NCBI GenBank assembly: GCA_026391775.1
Contig: JAPLDK010000075.1
Coordinates: forward strand, 89 to 64,088
Direction of reading: 5' to 3'
DNA: 64,000 nt
Origin: Bacteroidota bacterium
Lineage (GTDB): Bacteria; Bacteroidota; Bacteroidia; Bacteroidales; FEN-979
Part shown: positions 8,481 through 20,328 of the stretch, in pieces
Layout: each line of letters opens with the position of its first letter
How positions within the stretch are numbered: position 1 is the first letter of the stretch
Made by a program: the position numbers and the translations under genes
Notes under the pieces: model-generated
Databases searched by the model: none
What the model was told of the DNA's origin: nothing
The model's input: only the letters and a program-made list of their open reading frames with translations

Positions 8481-10598
8481 ATGGCGATTATTGGAACTAT
8501 CAGAAAGCAATCAGGCCTCGCAGTTATCATTGTAGGTGTGGCAATTGCTGCTTTTGTAATTGGTGATTTTGGAAAGAAGAGGGCAAGAGGTACTACCGAC
8601 ATTGCCGTGGTAAACGGGGAAGAGATACCTTATACCGACTTTTCCGGTAAGGTCGAAGAGGCCATGGATGCACAAAAAGAAAGCAGGAGTAATGAAAAAG
8701 TTACTGACCAGGAAGCTTTTCAGATGCGTCAGGCTGTATATGACAATCTGATCAAAGAAGTTATTATGGGCAAGGAATACGACGAGGTCGGCCTTGTTGT
8801 TTCTCCTGAAGAACTTTTTGACCAGATACAGGGAAAACAACCACACCGGTATATTCTCCAGTATTTTAAAGATCCCAAAACCGGCCTTTACGATCCGGCA
8901 ATTGTGCTGAATTATCTGAAACAGCTCGACCAGCTGGAACCTAAAGCCAGGAAACAATGGCTGGCTTTTGAAAAAGCCATTAAAGACGACCGTCAGGAAA
9001 CCAAATTCAACAACCTGGTTACAAAATCCTTTTATATGCCAAAAGTTTTCCTGAAGCAGGATTATATCAATAAAACCCGCTCCATGAAAGTCCGGTTCCT
9101 TGCACCGAATCCTTTTGAGATCCCCGACAGTACGGTAAAGATCACCGATGCAGATTACCAGGCATTTTATGACAAAAATATCCAGTACTTTTATCAGGAC
9201 AATGCTTTCCGCGATATTGACTTTGTAACTTTTGATGTGATCCCAAGCCGGACCGACAGGAAAAAGACATCCGAAGACGTAGTTTCCCTTTATAAGGATT
9301 TTCAGGCCAGCCCGGATCCCATTACTTTCATGAACGCCAACTCCGACAAAAAATACGACACTATTTTCATGAAAAAAGGAGCCCTGGCCGGCCGTCTCGA
9401 TTCATTGCTTTTCAATGCCAAAGTGGGCACCCTGATTGAACCTTTTGAACAAAATAATGTTTGGCTGATGGCAAAACTCCTGGATGTCCAGGAACGTCCC
9501 GATACCATGAAAGGCATCCAGTGCCTGATCGCTTTTAACAGCCCGGTAAATGAAAAAATCAAGCGGACCAAGGAGCAGGCCAAGGCCAAGACCGACAGCA
9601 TCATGGACATCCTGAAAAAGAAACCTGAGATGCTTGCCGTCTATGCAAGAAATGTTTCCGATTTCGCAACGGCCAATGAAGACGGGGGAGATTTAAAAGC
9701 CATTACCGACGGAAGCCCTGGCCTTTCAGTATTCTTTGAAGCCGGGTTGAAAATGAAACCCAAAGAAATCAAGGTGATCGAAACCAGAGTCGGTTATGCC
9801 ATTTTCAGGCTTGACGACAAAACGAAACCTGTTAAGAAGATCAAGGTTGCAGTTGTTGCAAGGAACATTGAACCCAGCAACCAGACTTACCAGGATACCT
9901 ACACCAAAGCCAGTGCTTTTGCAGGCCAGTACCGGACCTCCGACGCTTTTAACCAGGCCGCTTCAAAACAGGGCCTTTCGAAACGCGAGGCGCCTAATTT
10001 GAAAGAAACCGATAATACCATTATGGGCTTGCAAAATGCAAGAGAGGTTATCCGTTGGGCCTTCTCGGAAAACACAAAGGTTGGCGATATCTCACCTGTT
10101 TTCGACCTTCAGGGCAAATATATGGTGGTCATTCTCAAATCAGCAACTCCCAAAGGTACTATTCCCCTCGATCTCGTAAAATCAAGGATTGAGGCTTCCG
10201 TTAAAGGATTTAAAAAGGTCAGTATAGCGGGTGATAAACTTACAAAGGTAATGGAAGGTACAAAGGATTTGTATGCCATTGCGGGACAAATGAAGATCAA
10301 GGTTGACACTGCAGTGATCAGCTTTACCGGAACGAACCGGGCAGCGATTACGCGTGATCCTGAAGTTATTGGCATACTGTTCACTTCGCCCGCTTCTAAA
10401 CTACTGGGCCCCCTTCAGGGACATTATGGTGTTTATGCCGCCATCATTGACGGTTTTAACGATGCACCTGGAATGGATGATTTTTCAGCTATACTGCAGC
10501 AGGAGAAATCCGATTTTGAACAACGCGCATCAGCTGCAATTTATCCTGCCCTTCAGAAAACTTCCAAAATAACCGATTCCAGGCTGAGATTCTATTAA
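8481..10598 (+). CDS. periplasmic chaperone / peptidyl-prolyl isomerase, PpiD/SurA-like
   Basis: 705 aa. The N-terminal membrane anchor (MAIIGTIRKQSGLAVIIVGVAIAAFVIGDF) is typical of PpiD, and it is followed by a long SurA-N-like chaperone region. Confidence 0.75.
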   Translation: MAIIGTIRKQSGLAVIIVGVAIAAFVIGDFGKKRARGTTDIAVVNGEEIPYTDFSGKVEEAMDAQKESRSNEKVTDQEAFQMRQAVYDNLIKEVIMGKEYDEVGLVVSPEELFDQIQGKQPHRYILQYFKDPKTGLYDPAIVLNYLKQLDQLEPKARKQWLAFEKAIKDDRQETKFNNLVTKSFYMPKVFLKQDYINKTRSMKVRFLAPNPFEIPDSTVKITDADYQAFYDKNIQYFYQDNAFRDIDFVTFDVIPSRTDRKKTSEDVVSLYKDFQASPDPITFMNANSDKKYDTIFMKKGALAGRLDSLLFNAKVGTLIEPFEQNNVWLMAKLLDVQERPDTMKGIQCLIAFNSPVNEKIKRTKEQAKAKTDSIMDILKKKPEMLAVYARNVSDFATANEDGGDLKAITDGSPGLSVFFEAGLKMKPKEIKVIETRVGYAIFRLDDKTKPVKKIKVAVVARNIEPSNQTYQDTYTKASAFAGQYRTSDAFNQAASKQGLSKREAPNLKETDNTIMGLQNAREVIRWAFSENTKVGDISPVFDLQGKYMVVILKSATPKGTIPLDLVKSRIEASVKGFKKVSIAGDKLTKVMEGTKDLYAIAGQMKIKVDTAVISFTGTNRAAITRDPEVIGILFTSPASKLLGPLQGHYGVYAAIIDGFNDAPGMDDFSAILQQEKSDFEQRASAAIYPALQKTSKITDSRLRFY

Positions 10599-10617
10599 AA
10601 TTACTGAATTAGTAAAG

Positions 10618-10647
10618 AAGGTTGCTCAGAATTGGCAGCCTTTTTTT
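10618..10647 (+). terminator. rho-independent terminator
   Basis: AAGGTTGC-(9 nt)-GCAGCCTT (one G.U pair) followed by a T-run, 20 nt after the stop of the ppiD-like gene. It abuts the stop of the convergent PKD gene. Confidence 0.6.
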
Positions 10648-10978
10648 ATTGTACGGTATCTGCAATTACCACGGTCTGGGCTGTCGACGCCCATTCTTTC
10701 TGGCTTTCAGTATAAGCCCTCATGGTCACAATGTATTTCCCCGGCCGGGAATAGGTCTTGACCGGCTCTTTTGCCCAGGAAGTGGAGTCATCTCCGAGAT
10801 TCCACAACCAGTAAAACGAGTTCTCGGAATTATTGATGAATGTGACTTTGCAGGGGATCTTAAAGCCATTGGTCCCCTTAAATGTGAATGCCGCCAGCGG
10901 AACAGGTTCATTCTTATAACAGCCTCCGGAAATAATCAGCAGGAATGCCGGGATCAATATGGCTTTTGAAATTCTCAT
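10646..10978 (-). CDS. PKD-domain lipoprotein
   Basis: Lipobox (LLIISGGC). PKD signature (VTFINNSENSFYWLWNLGDDSTS....YSRPGKYIVTMRAY). Confidence 0.7.
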   Translation of the reverse strand: MRISKAILIPAFLLIISGGCYKNEPVPLAAFTFKGTNGFKIPCKVTFINNSENSFYWLWNLGDDSTSWAKEPVKTYSRPGKYIVTMRAYTESQKEWASTAQTVVIADTVQ

Positions 10979-10993
10979 GAGGAAGCTTCTGAA

Positions 10994-11233
10994 TTATTCC
11001 GCAAGGATCAGCACCTTATTCGAGAGCACTTCAATGACCCCTCCGTTGATATCGAAATATTGTTCCTTCTCTCCCTTGTTCTGAAGTTTGATCTTTCCCT
11101 TTTTCAGTATCGAAATCAGGGGAGCATGGTCATTCAGGACTTCAAAGGAACCGTCAATCCCCGGTAACTGTACCAGTTCTACCTGGTCGCCGGTAAACAG
11201 GGTAGTATCCGGAGTTATAATGTCTACTTTCAT
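10994..11233 (-). CDS. atpC: F0F1 ATP synthase subunit epsilon
   Basis: 79 aa (MKVDIITPDTTLFTGDQVELVQLPGIDGSFEVLNDHAPLIS), located directly downstream of atpD. Confidence 0.85.
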   Translation of the reverse strand: MKVDIITPDTTLFTGDQVELVQLPGIDGSFEVLNDHAPLISILKKGKIKLQNKGEKEQYFDINGGVIEVLSNKVLILAE

Positions 11234-11292
11234 AATCTTATTCGCACCAATTGCTAATTTCTATTGCGTGCTCATTTTGGCTTCGCCAAACG

Positions 11293-12834
<1,542 letters not shown>

Positions 12835-12839
12835 TTATA

Positions 12840-12847
12840 CAAACCTA
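12840..12847 (-). promoter_or_regulatory. -7 promoter box TAGGTTTG (minus strand)
   Basis: TAnnTTTG match 21 nt upstream of the atpD ATG. Confidence 0.45.
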
Positions 12848-12890
12848 ATGTAATTTGACGAAATGAGCAAGCGTAGATAGAATAAATCCG

Positions 12891-12898
12891 TATTTTTG
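12891..12898 (+). promoter_or_regulatory. -7 promoter box TATTTTTG
   Basis: TAnnTTTG match 39 nt upstream of the ATG at 12937. Confidence 0.4.
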
Positions 12899-12936
12899 GC
12901 GTTTCTGATTTTATCAACCCTAACAGATTTTAGAAA

Positions 12937-13800
12937 ATGTACATGAGCAAGAAGTGGTTGCTTGCCTTGATCTTTATTCCTATTATGTCCTTTGGACAGC
13001 GGAACGTCGATGCCATCGTCGATACGGTCGAAACTAAAAACGGGACAGTCCTGTTGTATAAAAATTACACATGGGAATATCTCGAGAACGAACCTGTTAT
13101 GATGAGCATTGAAGAGGATTCCACGGGAATATTCAGTAACCAATGGATTAACGACCAGATATTTGCTTACAGGATCAAGAGGGATTCGATAAAGGATACT
13201 GTTTTGTTGCTGGTCGATTCACTCCATCCTTTTCATATGCCTATCTATGGCCATCTTTTCCGGGGGTTTACCTATACTCACAAGGGCCTTGATATCAAAC
13301 TCGACAAAGGCGATACTGTAAGGGCCGCCTTCAACGGGGTGGTCCGCTATGCAAAATATAACCGCGGAGGGTTTGGGAATCTGGTCATCATCCGGCACTA
13401 TAACGGACTTGAATCCTATTATGCCCACAATTCAAAGATCCTGGTCAAGGTCAACCAGGTTGTCAGGGCCGGGGATCCTATATCCCTTGGGGGCTCCAGC
13501 GGCAGGAGCCGGGGACCGCATTGTCACTTTGAACTGAGGTACAAAGATGTACCGATGGATGCATTGCGGGTTATCGATTTCGACAATCAGAAACTTATCA
13601 CCATACGTTTCCCAATTACCAAAAAAGTTTTTTATCCTAACGATTATAATGTCGATGCCGTCTATCATAAGATTAAAAGCGGCGACACCCTTGGTCACCT
13701 GGCGAAAAAATACCATTCGAATGTAAAGGAAATCTGCGCCATGAATAAAATCACAGCGAATACGAAACTGAGGGTGGGAAGTACGATAAGGGTGAGGTGA
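12937..13800 (+). CDS. M23-family metallopeptidase with C-terminal LysM domain
   Basis: M23 motifs (HKGLDIKL, YYAHN, GPHCHFELR). The LysM pattern is YHKIKSGDTLGHLAKKYHSNVKEICAMNKI...LRVGSTIRV. A signal peptide is present. Confidence 0.85.
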   Translation: MYMSKKWLLALIFIPIMSFGQRNVDAIVDTVETKNGTVLLYKNYTWEYLENEPVMMSIEEDSTGIFSNQWINDQIFAYRIKRDSIKDTVLLLVDSLHPFHMPIYGHLFRGFTYTHKGLDIKLDKGDTVRAAFNGVVRYAKYNRGGFGNLVIIRHYNGLESYYAHNSKILVKVNQVVRAGDPISLGGSSGRSRGPHCHFELRYKDVPMDALRVIDFDNQKLITIRFPITKKVFYPNDYNVDAVYHKIKSGDTLGHLAKKYHSNVKEICAMNKITANTKLRVGSTIRVR

Positions 13801-13806
13801 GGCTCG

Positions 13807-14424
13807 CTATGTCGCTTTCTCGATACTTTTACTGGGAAATATCTTCTTCTGAAACACAATCAGCATCAGAACCCCAGTTGTAATAGCTGAATCGGCTACG
13901 TTAAAAACGGGCCGGAAAAAAGTGAAGTCCTCTCCCCCATATACAGGAACCCATTTAGGAAAGTGGGTTTCAATGATCGGGAAATAAAACATGTCGACAA
14001 CCTTTCCATGAAGGAAAGAAGCATACCCTCCGCCTTTCGGGAACATGGTTGCCAGTTGCATGTATGAACTTTCGTTGAAAATAAGCCCGTAAACTGCCGA
14101 GTCAATAATGTTGCCGATGGCACCTGCAAGTATAAGGGAAATACAAACGATCATCAGGTTACATGCACCTTTCCTGGTAGCAGTTTGGAGCCACCAGAAA
14201 ATCCCGATTATCGCGAAGATGCGGAATATGCTCAGGGCCAGCTTCCCCCATTGTCCGCCTAGTTTCATCCCAAAGGCCATGCCTTCATTTTCTGTAAAAT
14301 GCAGATAGAACCAATGTCCAATAACAGGATGGCTCTCACCCAGAAAAAATGTTGTTTTGATCCAGATTTTAAGAATCTGATCCGCAATGAGGATCAGGAG
14401 TACGATCCAGACAGCTTTTTTCAT
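13807..14424 (-). CDS. lspA: lipoprotein signal peptidase II
   Basis: Four TM segments, conserved motifs (NEGMAFG, GAIGNIIDS, FNVADS), and ATGA overlap with the upstream gene. Confidence 0.85.
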   Translation of the reverse strand: MKKAVWIVLLILIADQILKIWIKTTFFLGESHPVIGHWFYLHFTENEGMAFGMKLGGQWGKLALSIFRIFAIIGIFWWLQTATRKGACNLMIVCISLILAGAIGNIIDSAVYGLIFNESSYMQLATMFPKGGGYASFLHGKVVDMFYFPIIETHFPKWVPVYGGEDFTFFRPVFNVADSAITTGVLMLIVFQKKIFPSKSIEKAT

Positions 14425-14870
14425 TCCTCGTGATCCAGCTGATCTGCTGCCTGCTTCTGAATTAAAGAAGGTGCAGTTTGTACACGTTTTGCTTCAATGC
14501 TGAGCGTTGCATGGGGAACCGAACGTAAGCGGTCCTTGGGAATTAACTTTCCTGTAACCCGGCAAATGCCGTAAGTTTTGTTTTCGATACGGATAAGAGC
14601 ATTTTCCAAAGATTTGATAAACTTTTCCTGTCGTGATGCAAATTTGCTGTTTTCTTCCTTTGAAAAAACCTGATAGCCTTCTTCAAGAACCTTGAACGTG
14701 GGTGAAGTATCATTGGTATCATGCTCATTACCGGTTGTGTATGCGTCGGTAAGAAGCTGCAGGTCATTATGAGCCTTTTCAAGTTTCTGAAGAATAATTT
14801 GTTTGAACTCTTCAAGCTCCTCGTCGGTATACCTTGTCTTTGCTTTCTCAGGTGCTGTTGCTTTTTTCAT
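14421..14870 (-). CDS. DksA/TraR-family protein (Bacteroidota type)
   Basis: Coiled-coil N-terminal region plus the C-terminal YGICRVTGKLIPKDRLRSVPHATLSIEAK segment. It sits in the conserved position between ileS and lspA. Confidence 0.7.
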   Translation of the reverse strand: MKKATAPEKAKTRYTDEELEEFKQIILQKLEKAHNDLQLLTDAYTTGNEHDTNDTSPTFKVLEEGYQVFSKEENSKFASRQEKFIKSLENALIRIENKTYGICRVTGKLIPKDRLRSVPHATLSIEAKRVQTAPSLIQKQAADQLDHEE

Positions 14871-14934
14871 AGCTCGTCAGGTTAAAGTTCTAAAACAAAC
14901 AACGACAGAAATCTAGCTCCCTGCCGTTTACAAA

Positions 14935-17900
14935 TCAATCCACCTTTTCGATGGAAATATTGGTTTTTATGGTTTCTGTCAGCTCAATCTCATCAGTGTC
15001 ATTACCTTCTAATTTTCCTGTAATAGTGAGTGACTGAGCCAGAATTTCGCTGCAAATATAAGAATTATTCTGATTCACTGCCTCATCCATTTCAGGATGT
15101 GACCCTATTTTCACACGGATTTTATCCGTCACTTCGAATTTTTTATCCTTGCGGAGGTTCTGGATGCGGTTGACCAACTCCCTTGCGATGCCTTCACTTT
15201 TTAACTCCGGACTTATGCTGGTATCCAGTGCGACAACAAGTGATCCCATGGTGGCTGTATTATATCCCGGAAGGTCGTCACTCTGGATTTCAATATCGCT
15301 CAGTTCAAAAGTGTATGAACTGCCGTTAGGGTAAGCCTTGGTGTAAGACTTTTCTCTTTCGAATTCAGAAATCATAGCCTGGTTCCATCCCTTCATATCC
15401 TCGGCTATCATTTTCATATCCTTCCCGCATTTCGGCCCAAGTTTTTTGAAATCAGGTTTGATCCTTTTGGATAAGATGCCCTCTGTATCCGTGATATATT
15501 CTATCTGCTTAACATTTATTTCAGAGAGAATAAGATTTTTCACCGATTCTATTTGTTCTTTCAAGTGGTTAATCAGGAGCGGAATCAGTATCCGGTTCAG
15601 CGGCTGGCGAACCCGGATATTGGTCTTTTTCCTTATCGAAAGCGCCATGGAAGAGATTTTCTGCGCTATTTCCATTCTTTCTTCAAGTTTCTTGTCGATC
15701 ATAGCCGGATCGGCTTTGGGGAACTCTGTAAGGTGCACTGAGTCAACACTCTCTCGTCCAGTAACACGGTTCAAATCCGTAAATAGCTGTTCGGCGAAGA
15801 ATGGGGCCACAGGGGCCATAAGCCGGGCAATTGTTTCAAGACAAGTGTAAAGGGTCTGGTAAGCGCTTATTTTATCCGAAGAATAATTGCCTTTCCAGAA
15901 ACGGCGGCGGCAAAGGCGCACATACCAGTTACTGAGGTGTTCATCAACAAAATCGGAAATAGCGCGGCCGGCTTTTGTAGGTTCATAGTCAGCGTAACTT
16001 TCATCCACAAATCTGATCATGGAATTTAATTCCGAAAGTATCCAGCGGTCAATCTCAGGACGTTCATTCAGGGGGATTTCGGCATCAGAATATGAGAATC
16101 CGTCGATATTGGCATACAAAGCAAAGAATGCATAGGTATTATAAAGTGTCCCGAAGAATTTACGCTGTGATTCGGTAATCCCGTCATTATCAAATTTCAG
16201 GTTGTCCCAGGGCTGTGAATTGGTGATCAAATACCAGCGCGTAGCATCCGGTCCGAATTTTTTAATAGTCTCGAAAGGATCCACCGCATTCCCCAGGCGT
16301 TTCGACATCTTATTACCTGCTTTATCAAGCACAAGTCCGTTGGAAACGCAGGTTCTATAGGAAACCGAATCAAACAGCATCACGGCAATGGCATGCAGTG
16401 TGAAAAACCATCCGCGTGTCTGGTCAACACCCTCGGCAATAAAATCGGCCGGGAAAAAGCTTTCAAGGCTGCGGCTTGTATCGAAAGGATAATGATACTG
16501 GGCATAAGGCATAGCACCGGAATCGAACCATACGTCGATAAGATCCAACTCTCTGTGCATCGGATGTCCGTCGTCGCTGACCAGAACAATATCATCCACA
16601 AAAGGACGGTGCAGATCGAAAGTCTTATAATTCGCATCCGAGAGAACACTTTCCTTATATAAGGCCAACGGATTGGTTTTCATAACTCCAGCCAGCACGG
16701 CCTTTTCAATTTCTTTCTGCAGCTGCGCAACAGAACCGATACATATCTCCTTTTTACTGTCTTCGGTTCTCCAGATTGGAAGGGGAGTTCCCCAGAACCT
16801 TGAACGGCTAAGGTTCCAATCAACAAGATTCTCCAGCCAGTTCCCGAAACGTCCGCTACCGGTGGACTCGGGTTTCCAGTTTATCGTATTGTTCAGACTG
16901 ATCATCTTATCCTTATATGCCGTAGTGCGGATGAACCATGAATCCAGAGGATAGTAAAGAACTGGTTTATCGGTGCGCCAGCAATGAGGGTAGGAATGTT
17001 CGTATTTCTCCGACTTGAATGCCTTATTTTCGTGTTTCAGTTTCACAATGATGTCGATGTCGACCGGAGGACAATCTTTGCTGGCACAGTCGTCATCGTA
17101 TTCGACCTTCACATACCGTCCTGCAAATTCGCCCATCTGATCCGTGAACCTGCCCTGCTTGTCAACGAGGGTAAGGGATCCCAGACCATACTGTTTTCCA
17201 ACCCTGAAGTCATCCGCTCCGAAACTGGGTGCAATATGTACGATTCCTGTTCCGTCTTCAGTCGTTACAAAATCCCCTAAAACAACCCTGAAAGGATCCC
17301 CTTCCACGGGCTGGGCATACGGAAGCAGCTGTTCGTAACGGATATTTTCAAAATCCGAACCTTTGTATTCGGCAACAATCCTGTAAGGTATGTTCTTCTG
17401 GCCTTCATGGTAGTCGTCCAGCTCCAGCTGAGAATTTTTCTCAGGAAGGTACTGGTGAAGAAGATCCTTCGCCATGATAACCGTCTGTTCATGGAAAGTA
17501 TACGGATTGTATGTCCTGATGACCAGGTATCTGATGTCTTTACCAACTGCAAGGCCGGTGTTGGATGGAAGGGTCCAGGGAGTTGTAGTCCACGCCAGGA
17601 AGTATACATCACCAAAAATTTCCCTGAAAAGGAATTCTGATTTTTCGTCCTGTACGACTTTAAACTGGGCAACTACCGTATTGTCCTTTACTGTTTTATA
17701 GGCTCCGGGCTGATTAAGTTCGTGGGTGCTGAGGCCTGTACCGGCAGCAGGCGAATATGGCTGAATGGTGTACCCCTTGTAAAGAAGTCCCTTTTCATAA
17801 AGCTTACTGAGGAGGTACCAGACCGATTCGATATATTTATTGTCGTAAGTGATGTAGGGATCGTCGAGATTAAGCCAGTAACCCATCTGCACTGTAAGTT

Positions 17901-18303
17901 CATCCCAGAGATCCTTGTATTTCATCACCTCGCTTCGACATTCCTTGTTGTAATCTTCAATGGATATCTTTTTGCCGATGTCTTCCTTGGTGATCCCAAG
18001 CTTTTTCTCAACACCGATCTCAATAGGAAGCCCATGGGTATCCCAGCCTGCCTTACGGCTTACATAGAAACCCTTCATTGTCTTATACCTGCAGAAGATA
18101 TCCTTGATAGTCCGGGCCATAACATGGTGGATCCCGGGGATACCATTTGCCGAAGGCGGGCCTTCGTAAAAAACATAGGGAGTTTTGCCTTTGGTAAGCT
18201 CAAGGCTTTTCTCAAACGTATTATGTTCCTTCCAATAGGACTGAACGTCCTTTCCGATTCTAGTAAGGTCCAGGTTCCGATATTCGGTGTATTTCGTTTT
18301 CAT
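14935..18303 (-). CDS. ileS: isoleucine--tRNA ligase
   Basis: HIGH-type motif (PSANGIPGIHHVMART), KMSKS motif (NKMSKRLGN), 1122 aa, and class-I editing-domain architecture. Confidence 0.97.
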   Translation of the reverse strand: MKTKYTEYRNLDLTRIGKDVQSYWKEHNTFEKSLELTKGKTPYVFYEGPPSANGIPGIHHVMARTIKDIFCRYKTMKGFYVSRKAGWDTHGLPIEIGVEKKLGITKEDIGKKISIEDYNKECRSEVMKYKDLWDELTVQMGYWLNLDDPYITYDNKYIESVWYLLSKLYEKGLLYKGYTIQPYSPAAGTGLSTHELNQPGAYKTVKDNTVVAQFKVVQDEKSEFLFREIFGDVYFLAWTTTPWTLPSNTGLAVGKDIRYLVIRTYNPYTFHEQTVIMAKDLLHQYLPEKNSQLELDDYHEGQKNIPYRIVAEYKGSDFENIRYEQLLPYAQPVEGDPFRVVLGDFVTTEDGTGIVHIAPSFGADDFRVGKQYGLGSLTLVDKQGRFTDQMGEFAGRYVKVEYDDDCASKDCPPVDIDIIVKLKHENKAFKSEKYEHSYPHCWRTDKPVLYYPLDSWFIRTTAYKDKMISLNNTINWKPESTGSGRFGNWLENLVDWNLSRSRFWGTPLPIWRTEDSKKEICIGSVAQLQKEIEKAVLAGVMKTNPLALYKESVLSDANYKTFDLHRPFVDDIVLVSDDGHPMHRELDLIDVWFDSGAMPYAQYHYPFDTSRSLESFFPADFIAEGVDQTRGWFFTLHAIAVMLFDSVSYRTCVSNGLVLDKAGNKMSKRLGNAVDPFETIKKFGPDATRWYLITNSQPWDNLKFDNDGITESQRKFFGTLYNTYAFFALYANIDGFSYSDAEIPLNERPEIDRWILSELNSMIRFVDESYADYEPTKAGRAISDFVDEHLSNWYVRLCRRRFWKGNYSSDKISAYQTLYTCLETIARLMAPVAPFFAEQLFTDLNRVTGRESVDSVHLTEFPKADPAMIDKKLEERMEIAQKISSMALSIRKKTNIRVRQPLNRILIPLLINHLKEQIESVKNLILSEINVKQIEYITDTEGILSKRIKPDFKKLGPKCGKDMKMIAEDMKGWNQAMISEFEREKSYTKAYPNGSSYTFELSDIEIQSDDLPGYNTATMGSLVVALDTSISPELKSEGIARELVNRIQNLRKDKKFEVTDKIRVKIGSHPEMDEAVNQNNSYICSEILAQSLTITGKLEGNDTDEIELTETIKTNISIEKVD

Positions 18304-18320
18304 CCTTGAAAAAAAGTGTG

Positions 18321-18328
18321 CAAAGGTA
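18321..18328 (-). promoter_or_regulatory. -7 promoter box TACCTTTG (minus strand)
   Basis: TAnnTTTG match 18 nt upstream of the ileS ATG. Confidence 0.5.
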
Positions 18329-18412
18329 CGTTTTTTTGGGAAATCGTGAGGAAAATTGAGAAGAAGGTCGTGAAGATGCTAGCGAAAGCAGTGTTGCGAT
18401 AAATGAGCGGCA

Positions 18413-19582
18413 TCACGAGATTGGAAACAACAGCCTTACCGAAGCGCCCGAGCCCGGATTATTCAGGACTTCGACCTTGCCCCCATGAGCATCCATGATC
18501 ATCTTGGCAAGGCAGAGGTCCAGTCCAACGTTTTCGTCAATGTGCTCTCCCCCCAATCCGAAAAGGGAAAACAGATTTTTCAAAGCCTGTTCACTGAAAC
18601 CCGGGCCCTGGTCAGTAATTTCACAACCCTTATACCCATTCTCGACTATGAGGTGTATGCTGATTTCCCCTCCTTCAGGCGAATATTCAATCGCATTTTC
18701 AACCACACCCTGGAAACAATTCCTTATCAGTTTCTCGTTACCGTTAACCATTGCAGCTGTCAGCAAGGGATCAAGCAAAGTATTGATCCCTTTTTTGCCC
18801 GTTTGCAAAACATATTCGTTAAGACAAAACTCCAGCATTCTTCCAAGGGATATGGACTTTTTTGCAAGAGGACGCTCCCTGGCGATAAGTTCTGTAAGCT
18901 GCAGGACCACAGCAAGAAATTTCTCGAGCCTCATGGATGAATGGAATATAAACTCAACATGCTCTTTTACTTCGGGAGATTCCACTTCATCCAGCAGAAT
19001 ATTTGTAAACCCCAGGATCGCATTCAGGGGCGTACGGACTTCATGGTTGATCATATGCAGAAAATCTGTTTTGGCTTTGTCGAGAGATTGCAGGCTCCGG
19101 TATGCTTTTTCCAGTTCCTCGTGGGCCGATCTGAGAGCTTCGGTTCGTTCTTCCACCTTTTGTTCCAGCCAGGAATTGACCTCTAGAAGTTGCTGGCGGC
19201 TAGATTTAAGCTCCAGATGTGTCTTCACCCTGGCAAGCAGTTCTTCGGGTGAGAATGGCTTCGTGATATAATCGACCCCTCCGCTGGTAAATGCCTTGTT
19301 AAGGCTGGCCATATCCGTCTTCGCTGTGAGAAAGATCACCGGCACCAGGTTGTGTTTCGACATGCTCTTGATCCTGACACAGGTTTCGTACCCATCCATC
19401 CCGGGCATCATAATGTCAAGAAGAATGAGATCGTAACTTTCTGTTTCCAAAATGTTGATCGCCTCCGGCCCGCTGAACGCATAATCGACCTGGTAGCTCT
19501 GTGGTGCAAGCAACGCAGCCAACACTTTAAGGTTCTTGGGATTATCGTCAACAGCCAGTATTTTATAATTTGAATTCTCCAT
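18413..19582 (-). CDS. hybrid response-regulator / histidine kinase (REC-HisKA-HATPase)
   Basis: REC domain (ILAVDDNPKNL..LILLDIMMPGMDG..TAKTD..KPF). H-box (INHEVRTPLNAILGF). ATPase G-boxes (DQGPGF, GLDLCLAK). Confidence 0.85.
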   Translation of the reverse strand: MENSNYKILAVDDNPKNLKVLAALLAPQSYQVDYAFSGPEAINILETESYDLILLDIMMPGMDGYETCVRIKSMSKHNLVPVIFLTAKTDMASLNKAFTSGGVDYITKPFSPEELLARVKTHLELKSSRQQLLEVNSWLEQKVEERTEALRSAHEELEKAYRSLQSLDKAKTDFLHMINHEVRTPLNAILGFTNILLDEVESPEVKEHVEFIFHSSMRLEKFLAVVLQLTELIARERPLAKKSISLGRMLEFCLNEYVLQTGKKGINTLLDPLLTAAMVNGNEKLIRNCFQGVVENAIEYSPEGGEISIHLIVENGYKGCEITDQGPGFSEQALKNLFSLFGLGGEHIDENVGLDLCLAKMIMDAHGGKVEVLNNPGSGASVRLLFPIS

Positions 19583-19706
19583 GTCTTTGAATAAACCTGT
19601 GAATATCGCTTCTTTTCACTGATATCGTAATGTTGGAAAGACAAATTTTTAAACACTCGATTGTGAATTTATAAAAAAAGCATGTCATGTTGTAAATGCA
19701 TTTTTC

Positions 19707-19714
19707 TATATTTG
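19707..19714 (+). promoter_or_regulatory. -7 promoter box TATATTTG
   Basis: TAnnTTTG match 18 nt upstream of the ATG at 19732. Confidence 0.45.
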
Positions 19715-19731
19715 AGTAATTTTTCTGCATC

Positions 19732-20265
19732 ATGTTATGTTTTTCCGAAATAATACTTGAAAACATACTTCAGCGCAGAAGTGTACGGAATTTCACCGGT
19801 GAGATGGTTGAGCATTCTTTGTTGATGACATTGCTGAGAGCCGCCATGGCAGCACCTTCTGCAAGGAACCGTCAGCCATGGACTTTTGTTGCCATAACAG
19901 ATCGTTCCACCATGGATTCCCTGGCCAAGGGTCTCCCTTTCACCAAAATGCTTTATAAAGCAGGCGCTGCAATTGTAGTTTGCGGTGATTCCACCATTAA
20001 CCTGCAGGATGGAGCCACAGATCTTTGGTACCAGGATGCGGCTGCAGCTTCCCAGAATATTCTTCTGGCAGCACATGCGCTGGGATTGGGTGCAGTGTGG
20101 AGCGCTTTGTTCCCGTATGAGGACAGGTCAGGCCATGTAAGACAGATCATTGGTCTTCCCGGGCATATAAACCCGTTCTCCATAATCCCAGTCGGCTACC
20201 CAACCGGCGAGGATTTGCCTAAGGATAAATTCAGACCTGAACGGATTCACTGGGAAAGATGGTAA
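19732..20265 (+). CDS. nitroreductase-family protein
   Basis: RRSVRNF.. APSARNRQPW motif and a typical 177-aa length. Confidence 0.85.
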   Translation: MLCFSEIILENILQRRSVRNFTGEMVEHSLLMTLLRAAMAAPSARNRQPWTFVAITDRSTMDSLAKGLPFTKMLYKAGAAIVVCGDSTINLQDGATDLWYQDAAAASQNILLAAHALGLGAVWSALFPYEDRSGHVRQIIGLPGHINPFSIIPVGYPTGEDLPKDKFRPERIHWERW

Positions 20266-20328
20266 ATCTGTTGCAAAGTAACGCAACAGGCAACCGTACC
20301 AATAAACAGATATCTAATTGATAGCAGA

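Noticed and set aside
15149-18309. Series of 60-195-aa plus-strand ORFs inside ileS (e.g. 17722..18309, 15446..15850)
   Set aside because: All are antisense to ileS, whose identity is unambiguous. They are shadow ORFs.
18495-19271. 258-aa ORF on the plus strand, plus the 151-aa ORF at 18485..18940
   Set aside because: Both are entirely antisense to a response-regulator/histidine-kinase gene with clear motifs. The Ser/Arg/Leu/Cys-rich composition is typical of shadow ORFs, and there is no promoter box or recognisable domain.
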